Source: Pseudogymnoascus verrucosus (Eukaryota). From it: 20,000 nt of DNA. Of this stretch, positions 10,501 to 19,200 are shown one piece after another; position 1 is the stretch's first letter, and each line of letters starts with the position of its first letter. The DNA lies in the NCBI GenBank assembly GCA_001662655.1, contig KV460211.1; one strand, given 5' to 3'. The notes beneath the pieces are model-generated. The model had not been told where the DNA came from. It was given only the letters and a program-made list of their open reading frames with translations, and ran no database searches. Both the position numbers and the translations under genes were made by a program.

Positions 10501-11965
10501 TATGCTATGGGATATCAAATTAGGAGCAGAACTCTGCAGGCTTAAGGACCTTCAGTACCTAGTCGAGGCTATGGTCTTGTCACAGGACAGTAAAATGGTA
10601 GCGTTGGTGTCAAACAGAGAAGTTACTCTATGGGATACCAACTTAGGAGCAGAACTTTGCAGGCTTAAGGGCGTTCAGGGCCTAGTTAAGGCTATAGCAT
10701 TCTCACAGGACAACAAAATAGTAGCATTAGTGTTTGACAGAGAAGTCACGCTACAGTATACCAACTCAGGAGCAGAAGTTCGCAGGCTCAGGGGCGTTCA
10801 GGGCCCAGTCAAGGCTATGGGCTTCTCGCACGACAGAAAAATGCTAGCGTTGGCTTCTAGTACGACGGTTATACTGTGGGAGATTAGCACAGGAAAGGTA
10901 ATTCAGACATTTGAACGCTATGCAGGGGTAAAGTTTGCCAAAGCTACTTCTTTAGACGGCAAGCTACGAGCAGAGGTATCGGGCTCTAGGGTAGTCAGGC
11001 TCCGGAATGATGTTTCGGGAGAGGGATTTCGATCGCTTGAAGGCCATTCTAATCAGATTATAGCCCTTGACTTCTCTCCAGATACCAAGTTGCTGGCATC
11101 GGCATCGAGGGACAGAACGGTCAGGCTATGGGACACCGGCATAAAGCCAGCTCTCCCTTCACTTGATGCACACTGGGATTACGTCACTGCGTTGACTTTC
11201 TCGCCAGATGGCAAGTTTTTGGCGTCCGCAGCGAATGACTGCAGAGCGAAGGTGTGGGACACTGACAAAATAGCACTACTCAGAAATTTTACCGTTCATT
11301 TGGGTCACGTTAATAACATGATCTTCTCGCCAGATAGTAAGCTGCTGGCGTTAGCATCGACTGACGGTACAATCTCTCTACGAAAGGCCGCTGAGGGAAC
11401 AGTTGTTGAGACTCTAAAAGGCCATTCAACATGCATCATTGCAATGGCTTTCTCACCAGATGGTAAGAGACTGGCGTCGGCATCAGGCGATAAAGCAGTT
11501 AAGCTGTGGGATGCAGCAATGGGAAAGGAGCTTAAGACGCTCCAGGATCCTTCGGACCGGGTCAACGCCGTTGGCACCGTTGGCTTCTCACCGGACGGCA
11601 AGACGGTCGCGTTGGCATCGAGCAACAAGACCGTCAAGCTGTGGGACACCGCCTCGGGCGTCCTGCTACAGACGCTCAAGGGCTATTCTGGCCCCATCAA
11701 TGCTGTGGCCTTTTTGCCAGACGACAAGATACTCCACACGAACAGAGAAACCCTACTTATTTCCTTATCTTCTTCTGGCACGTCTGAAGCCCAAACACTG
11801 CCTCCGCCTTCCATTTCCATCGAAGGACATTGGGTGCTTCGCCGTACCAAACGGATCCTTTGGCTTCCTCCCGACCATCGACCAAGGGTCACCACTATTC
11901 ATGGAAGCACCATTGGTTTTGGGTACACATCTGGGAGAGTTGCAATAATTAAGTTGGCTCCATGA
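7577..11965 (+). CDS. Fungal NLR, NACHT-WD40 (NWD2/HET-E-like) with N-terminal amyloid R0 motif; exons 7577-7679, 7729-9296, 9350-11965; 1428 aa
   Basis: Walker A GLAGTGKST, Walker B ILVVDALDEC, GASFFF, HPSFRDFL, LLHWLEAL, DAKRF..PLQTYGSALVFAP, canonical GH..FSPDG..LWD repeats; introns 7680-7728 (GTGAGT..GCTAAC..TTTAG, phase 1) and 9297-9349 (GTCAGT..GCTAAC..ATAG, phase 0) both restore frame. Confidence 0.9.
7592..7642 (+). other. R0 amyloid signalling motif QDISSVFIDHHSRGAVG in NLR exon 1
   Basis: Exon 1 translates to MAGITQDISSVFIDHHSRGAVGTFHAPVYFGNKE and shares Q-x-I-x-x-V-x5-S-x3-V-G with R1 and R2 of the adjacent gene. Confidence 0.8.
9986..10855 (+). repeat. Seven tandem, mutually similar atypical WD40 units (126,126,126,123,123,123,~123 bp)
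   Basis: Unit starts at 9986, 10112, 10238, 10364, 10487, 10610, 10733; consensus SNREVTLWDTxxGAELCRL-variable-VxAIGFSQDxKMLxLV. Confidence 0.9.
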
Positions 11966-12510
11966 AACTATTTCGTTAGCCTCCTACTACAACGACATTT
12001 CGCTGATTTTACTCAAGATCTCGACCGCGATGTCGATCTTTCCTCTGGTGTTGACTCTACTATCCCTATTATAGCCTTCTGCGAATGTCAAATTGACATG
12101 TCTATGAGAAGTCCGAATGTTGTTAGTTTTATAGATATAGTTCCTTCTTCAAGTCTCTAAATCACGTGAACTTCACTACAGTTACCCGCTTTAGCTTTTT
12201 GTGGTTCCAATGTAGTACCTCTACACCATTAGGGCTCAGATTGAGTGGCTCACATATGGCGGACCATGAAATAATAGAGCAGAGTACCTAAAAGAGGCAC
12301 GCAAGCTCAGACGGCTAAGCTAAGACGGCCAAAGTTCGGTGTTGATACGAAATTGACCTGAAATTGACGGCAAACCTACACCAAAATGTTGCTTCGCCTC
12401 ACTCACCCTGCTTACCCTGCTCACCCCTGGCCTCACCCTTTAGGTGGCAAGGGGCAGCGATTCTACGCTATGCCTATTGGCACGATTGAGACTATTAGCC
12501 AGAGGATACG

Positions 12511-12571
12511 CAAGCTTGTGTATGGCAGAGCGGACGGGATGCCCAATTCTCTTGAGTCTATGGTCGTATGT
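12511..12571 (-). pseudogene. 5S rRNA gene fragment (5' ~61 nt)
   Basis: - strand ACATACGACCATAGACTCAAGAGAATTGGGCATCCCGTCCGCTCTGCCATACACAAGCTTG, then divergent sequence; TATTTAG at -30 to -24; 43/45 identical to the 5759-5803 copy. Confidence 0.85.
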
Positions 12572-12622
12572 GATTGTTATGCGTGTGTCGGGGACTAAAT
12601 ACTGATGTTCTGTGTGTGGAGG

Positions 12623-12702
12623 TAGGGCCGCACAGATTCTAGACCGATCGGATCGGTTATCAGAACCCGATCTCTGCATCGGATCTGCATGCATATCGGA
12701 TC
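12623..12702. repeat. Cluster of CCGATC/TCGGATC motifs with the palindrome ACCGATC-G-GATCGGT after TAGGGC; possible DNA-transposon end relic
   Basis: Motif cluster is seen directly; the resemblance to hAT-type termini with subterminal repeats is inference, and no transposase or partner end was found. Confidence 0.3.
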
Positions 12703-13549
12703 ACAAACCTATTTTCGTAAGGCAGGTTGTCACTTGGCTCTCATGTAACATGGTTAGCCAAATAATGTTGAGATCAGATGCAAGCCACGTCAGCACTACA
12801 TAGCGATAATTTGCTCAGATTAATTAATATGTTACCTTGGGAGGAAATAACCTGGCAAGCGTCCTGAAATTCTCCGTCTTCTTGTTTCACGGTTCGGAGA
12901 TTTTACAATGCCCCCTATAGGTAGTCTCAGACTAAATGCCTATCATGCATAGGTGAGTTCTTGGCTCTCAACTCGGCTGGACGACCCATGTGATACTGAT
13001 TCCGCCATAACCATCAACGAGATGGCCAGCTTTTTCCAAGACAAAAACCTTCACTATCTCCTCAACAGCGACAAATTAAAGCAGATCATCACCACCTTTC
13101 GCCACAGAGTCGACGCCAAAGAAATCCTCCTTGGCGGAAGCATCCCCCCGTCATGCAAAGAGACGAACGTTCTCACACAGCGATATGATCCCCTTAGCAA
13201 GCAAGAGGAAGGGGACGGGGTTGAGTGCGATTACAGGCTTGAAGGAGGGGAGTAGGGTGCTGGTTGGAGAGCCGCAGGGAGCGGTAGAGGAACAGTAAGT
13301 CAAGCAAGCAATACCAATTTGAGTAATTTCGGATAAAACGATGAATTGAAATCTGTTCCAATTCACAAAAAATAAGACAGCCATGATGATGCTACAGCTA
13401 ATAAGCTAGTTACTCAGCTAATACCCACCCTTCATGGTCTCCAACGCGGCCTGGAGTCGTCATGGGCCCTAGTCTGGGCCGCAGCCGCCGCCCTTCTCCC
13501 ACTCGCGCTGACGACCCTGCTAAATGCAAAATGAATACTGTTTTTATAG

Positions 13550-14663
13550 TCATTGCAGTTTAAGCCTAAACATGTCTGCTTTATATTTAGGGGTTAACAA
13601 GCTAGCTATATCAGCATCTGCTCCTTCATGCCCAGCTTTAATAAACCCTGCCTTAAATGGCAGCATCACGTCGTTTTCATTGTGACGAAGATGGCTTCTA
13701 TATTTGCTGTCTAGTAGATTCCAGCCTTCACCCAAGTCTAACCAACGCGTCAGTATTAACGCTACACCATGTTCAAAAGTTCATGGCGTCAATCTGGAAC
13801 TCCGTAGGGCAGTCCATGCATTGGAAAAGGCCTGAGCAATTTAGGCATCCGGAATTGAGCTGTGCATTATCCCAGTGGCTTGCACGACAGGACATTTTTG
13901 TTCTAAGCTCCATCGAATGTGGCGTTATGAAATACCAATGAGAACAAACACATGCGTATGTCCTATCAGGGACCTCTATCTTCCTCCCAACTGGGAAGAG
14001 AAGCCAGGTTTGGTGCCGTAGCAAGAAATGACCATTTGCAATCCGCGGGGCGAACTTTTTGTGAAATATATGCTGAACGTCGGAAGCTCTGCGAAAGGGA
14101 ATCGAGCGGAATCCGGATAGTGAAGAGAGCTGGTCGTCGCAATTAAGGCCGCTATGGTGAAGCTTCATAGCTAAGAGAAATGCAACAGAGTTGAATTTTT
14201 CGTGGATATACCAAGTAACAGATGACGCACGATCTGCTAACGTACACCGCATCGGCTTGCTCTGTAATCTCAAGTATTCTAGCTGGGGCCGACTATGGAG
14301 TACCTCGCACTCGAGGCATAATATGTGCCTTGGCAGATCTCTCTGCAGGAGATCTAAGAAAACAGCTCTGTCAACCCCATCAGCCACCCGAAGCTGATCG
14401 AGGTATTGGCTCCCTAGGATAAACCAGATTGGCCGGCAGGTGAGAGTAAATGAAGCGGCGGCTGAGAGGGGAAGAAATTCGGCTATAGACCCAATGAGCT
14501 CTGCTGGTAGTCGATTGAAAGGTGAGTTCTCAAGACTGCTTGGCTGAGATTGCGATTCAACAGTATCTGGTGATGGGGATATTGTGTGGGCGTGCGAGGA
14601 GGATCTTCTCCGAATGAACGAGAGGTATTTCAATAGCCCTATCGGATGCTTGAAGAGCTCCAT
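13550..14663 (-). pseudogene. F-box domain protein with a frameshift at about 13775 (about 370 aa if repaired)
   Basis: F-box SPFNRLPAELIGSIAEFLPLSAAASFTLTCR and Cys motifs; the ORF stops at CPTEFQIDAMNF* but protein-like sequence continues in another frame as EHGVALILTRWLDLGEGWNLLDSKYRSHL... to the stop at 13550; likely start MELFK at 14663 (upstream in-frame ATG at 14759). Confidence 0.75.
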
Positions 14664-14813
14664 TTTGATAACACTTGATTTAGTCGAGTGCAGAATATGT
14701 GGCCGTGAGAAAGGATGGGCGAGGGTTAAGATTTCATGGGACAACGATCCTTGAACCATGTAGATATTTATATATTTGCGATTTGAGAATGGGGGGGATA
14801 AGTAATAGTTGCA

Positions 14814-14900
14814 GTAATTAGTTTAACTAGATTTTTAAGAGTCATCTTTCGATGAGGCTATTTTGGTTTTATCACACCACTCTAGAAACATAGCGTCCCT
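14814..14900 (-). repeat. Second copy of the conserved non-coding element, upstream of F-box gene 2; TATATAAA (- strand) at 14767-14774
   Basis: 14834-14879 is an inverted match to 4835-4883, whereas 14871-14900 is a direct match (25/30) to 4795-4824. Confidence 0.75.
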
Positions 14901-15585
14901 AGCTTGCAGTATACACCCTTCTCTGGTGGCCCAACCTTTTGGCTCTTAAATATAGTAAGTAAATTATATAGACGAAGATAAAATAAATTGCAAGGCATGA
15001 CATAAGGAAGGATTGGCGGTGGGAGAGAGTAGTGTAATTAAAAAAAACTTGTATAAATGAGAAAACCATAACAAATTACGTACCTCTGCACCTACCAACC
15101 CAACCCATCTCTATAAACACTAAACACCCCTCAACAGGACATAAAATGTAGTATACGCATATAGCATGGTAAATATGTGCGTACTTCCCATGCTCGTGCT
15201 CTAAAGGGGGTTCGTACGAATGAGGTATCATACTGTAGTAGTCCTAAACTACACAACGCCAACACCAGGATATACCGCCATTTCTCGCCAGTACATCCAC
15301 AGTTAGCGACATATACATCAATACACACATCATAGTACTCATATATCTCAGGCAGAATCCACAGTTCATTCCATCCTGTCAAATTTACACTACCCTCCCC
15401 TCCCACCATCATCATGCCCTCCCTCAATAGTCCAGCCATATCAGAGTCCAGTCCCCTTTCCCTCATGCAACCCCAAACCCAAAGCCAAGCCCAACAGCCA
15501 GCTTCACCACCGGCCCTCAGCCAAATATGTATGCAGCCTATCCATGCAAAAGTAATCCATCCCGGCTGCCTTTCTAACAGCCCCC

Positions 15586-15665
15586 CCCAAATCCCAAACC
15601 CAATCCCGATCCCAATTCCCAAATTCCCATAATCCCGGTATTTCCCAGTATTCCCAAATTCCCCA
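15586..15665. repeat. Degenerate low-complexity repeat (CCCAAT/TTCCCAAA-like) downstream of PLC1
   Basis: ccaaatcccaaacccaatcccgatcccaattcccaaattcccataatccc... Confidence 0.6.
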
Positions 15666-16264
15666 TGGTGGGAGGAGCAAATCCCTGTCTCCATCCCCCA
15701 AATATCCGTTTGTAATTCGCCAGATAAACATCAAAAACAGAAGCAGAAGACAAAAGAAAAAAACAGAACAAACGATTTCGATCAGATGCCAGATCATGGA
15801 CAAGACAAAAAAGGAAATTGGTATGTCGTTAAGAGGTGCGGTCGTTGGGGACACACAATGCAGACCTGCTGCGAAAGCGCCAGGGAGTGTATATATGTGG
15901 GGGGTTTCCTGCCCCCCAGTTCTCCTCCCGTTTGAAACCGGTAAAAAATGGGTAAATAAAAACTCATAGCTATAGGGGTATGTCTCGGTGTGCTCAAAAA
16001 CAAAAAGGACGAAATATGTGCAAGGTTTTGCCCAGATGGGCGGTGTGTGTGGTTTGTGGTATCGTATCATCGAGATAGTATAGTGGTATAGTGTAGTTTG
16101 TGAGTGTGGTTGATCTCGTTGTTGCTTTGAGAGAGTAGTAGTTGATGTGTAATTTGAGGTTGAGCGGGTATTATGATGATCAGATAAGTGATGTGTTGTC
16201 GAAACAAGCCCCGAAAGGGGTGGTATAATACAAGTAAACAAGACGTCCTCCACGGCGTGCGCGT

Positions 16265-19200
16265 CTACGCACTATCCAGCGTCTTCGGCGTCACCGGCGT
16301 GCTCTGCGCACGCCCAATGATAGAGCGACCAAGACTCTTCAGCTTCCCGACTGCCTCAGGCGGGCCATCGACATAAATGCTCGTGGCCTCCTTAACCTTG
16401 ACCTTACAGCACAAAGTCGAGAAGAGAAACTGGTCACCATTCGCGTCCATCAGCGGCAACGTGCGGTATCCCTGCTTCAAGCTCCCCAACTTCGCCGTAT
16501 ACGTCGCCAGCGGCGTGCCGCGGTCGTCGTAGCTATGTCCATCGCGCGACGCGCGCACCGTCCAGCGCACGAACACGAGGTCGGGGTACTTAGTCGTCAG
16601 CGCGAACTTGAATTTCTGGTTGAAGAGCGGATTGAAACCGTTCTCAGGCACGATCTGGGTGCGCAGGCGGCGCGGGGCGCCGAGACCAGAGGAACCGCCG
16701 CGGCCGGCGGCGTCGGGTCCGCCTTCGCCTACTACGCCTGCGACGTCTTTGGCTTTGTCGTCGGCGTGGAAGACTTCGACTTCGACGTAGGGGTCGACGG
16801 TGCGGGTGGCGGGGAGGTTCTTGGGTCGCATGAGCTGCTGCGCGGAGATAACCTCGATGCTGAAGGTGACCAGCTTGCGCTCTCGCTTGACGTAGCCCTC
16901 GCCAGCGGCCTCGGGGACATTGGGGAGCATGGTGATCTCGCGCAGGCCGCTGGGCTTGAGAACGTAGCCGGAAACATCGGTGCCGCCTTCGAACATGGCA
17001 TCGTTGATCTGCATGCCAAGATCGTAGGTCTGCCAGTTAAGCGCGGCCATCTGCACGCCACGGCGCCAGTAGGTCAGCGGATCGAAGTTGGTCGAGGCGA
17101 CGCGCCACCCGTTGGGGTACACGCGCATCATGTGGCGCATGTTGTGGCGCACGAGCGCGCGCTTGGTGTCGGGCGTCTTGCTGTTCTTCGTGAATGTCGC
17201 TTCCATGAAGGAGTAGATGTGGTTGTAGGTCTTGCTCTCTGGCGTGTCGAAGCCGTGGAACTTGACGCCTGCGGTGTACACCCCTAGGTCGCCGAGAACC
17301 TTGACAATGTTGCTCTGCTGCTTGCGCTTCTCGGAACCGTCGTCGTTCATGCTCTCGCTCTCGCTCGTGCTGTTGCTCAGGCTGTCCTGGCTCTCGCCGG
17401 CATGTTGGGGGGATCGTATGCTTGTAGTCTGACTGCGGGTGATGCCCATGGTGGGACGTTGGCGAGGGCTCATCGGTGGGCTTTGCAGGATCGACGCGTT
17501 TGGGATCATGGTGTTGTCAAGCACGATCGGTCGCACGTACGGAGAGTTGACGCTGGCTCCGCGTCTCCGGCCAGCTGTCACCTCGGCGTTGAAGGCCGGC
17601 TCATCACAAGGCATCTTGACCTTGATCAGGATGCGATTCATCAGCTGTGACGGGCTTGGCAGCTGCTGGGAGTTCGGGTCCAGTGGCTCAGTGACGAGTT
17701 TCGATCCGCAGGTCGCCTTGATGATCTCCGCCATCATGATTTGCTGCTGTCGGCTGCAGTGGACTTCGAGAGAGATCAACAGCGGGAACTGAGAGCTGAC
17801 GAAAGCATACTTGCTGATCGTAGTCATGACATCGGCGAACGAGACTTGGCTCGTCAGTGTCCTGCCGTGCATGACGACAGGACCCTCGCTGCCATCCCAG
17901 CAGTCGACCTCGACGCAGCGACAACCCTTCGACAGTGCTGAGATATAGGCCTCGACGCTCGATTGGCCTGCAACCTGCCTTCCTAGAAGGTACGTGTTAT
18001 GAGAGCTTGATATATAGTACTCGTGAAGTGGTCGGTCGAGGGTGAAGTTTGCTGGAACATCTTTAATCGGAACATTATATGTAGAGGTAAGGTAGCTCGC
18101 CAGAGCGGACTCGTTCATCAATGGAGTCTCGCCGTTTTGGAGGTCTTGCTGGGCTTGCTCCTTGGTCTTCGATCTCCGGACAAACTTGCTGAACACAGTC
18201 GTCCAGTGAGTGCGACGGCCCTCGACATCCTCACCTTGCGTGTCCTTCAAGAACACCAGGAAGTCCTCGAGGGTAATGCCCTTCTTATCCGGCACGGTGA
18301 GCTCGTTATACAGAGCCCGCACGTCCTCGCGCCTCTTCATGAGATTGATGAGCTCCTGGAACTGGCCATATGTAAGTAGCCCGCACTTCAGCTCATCGAC
18401 CTGGGCAAATTTGGCACGCAAATGATTGTTGACACCATGGATGTGTAAGCTCCGGCAAAGGCGCTCAACGCCTGTGATATCAATCATCTCCTCGTCCTCG
18501 GAGTGCGCCCTGTCGCCAAACTGCTTATTCATCTCACGACGCCAGTACGCGCGGACCGCCTTGTCGTTGAAGGACGACAGCGACGCCATCAACTCGTGTC
18601 GATGTTTCGAGATGGCATCGAGGGTAGTCGTCCATAGCTCAAAGGTCCTGTCATCACCGGCAATTAAATGCATCAATTTCTGCGATCGGCCTTTCGATTT
18701 ATCAGATATCACGTAGAGGATTGAGAAAAAGCGGCGTTCGTCACAGGCCGGCACGCCAAACTCTGAGCGATAATTCCGCGCGTCTGACCCCGAGCGAATT
18801 TCTTTGATGTCGTCAATGTAGAAAGCCTTTGACGGTCTGTTCTTGTCCCATGAGACCTTTGCGGCATCGATATCGAGAGCAAATGTAAGCAGCTTCCTCT
18901 TCTTCTTCGACACCTTGAGCATCGTTGTGCCCTGGAGAAGCACTGCCGGTATAACCGGACCGTCGTTGATGGGCACCCCAGAGATGGATCCAGTGGGGCT
19001 GCCATTGCTATAGTACTCCTTCATCCCATCAGCGAAGCCATTCATATCGTCTCGTGTATCATCTCGGCTCTCATCGTCGGACTCCGTGAGCAGCACTGGT
19101 CGGACCTCCGGCGCCGTGCTGGTGCTGTCACTTCGCCTCCGCATGATGACCGGTCCCGAGCTGTGATCGCGGCTATTGGCAGCGGCAGACGACTGTCGGC

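Noticed and set aside
9986..10855. CRISPR-like or non-coding tandem array
   Set aside because: Units are multiples of 3 and lie in frame within the WD40 CDS of a eukaryotic gene
12386..12694. Short ORFs on both strands around 12.5 kb
   Set aside because: They overlap the 5S rRNA fragment and simple repeats; no coding evidence
15131..16253. ORFs of 187 and 249 aa downstream of PLC1
   Set aside because: Low-complexity 3' UTR or intergenic sequence; translations lack protein-like features
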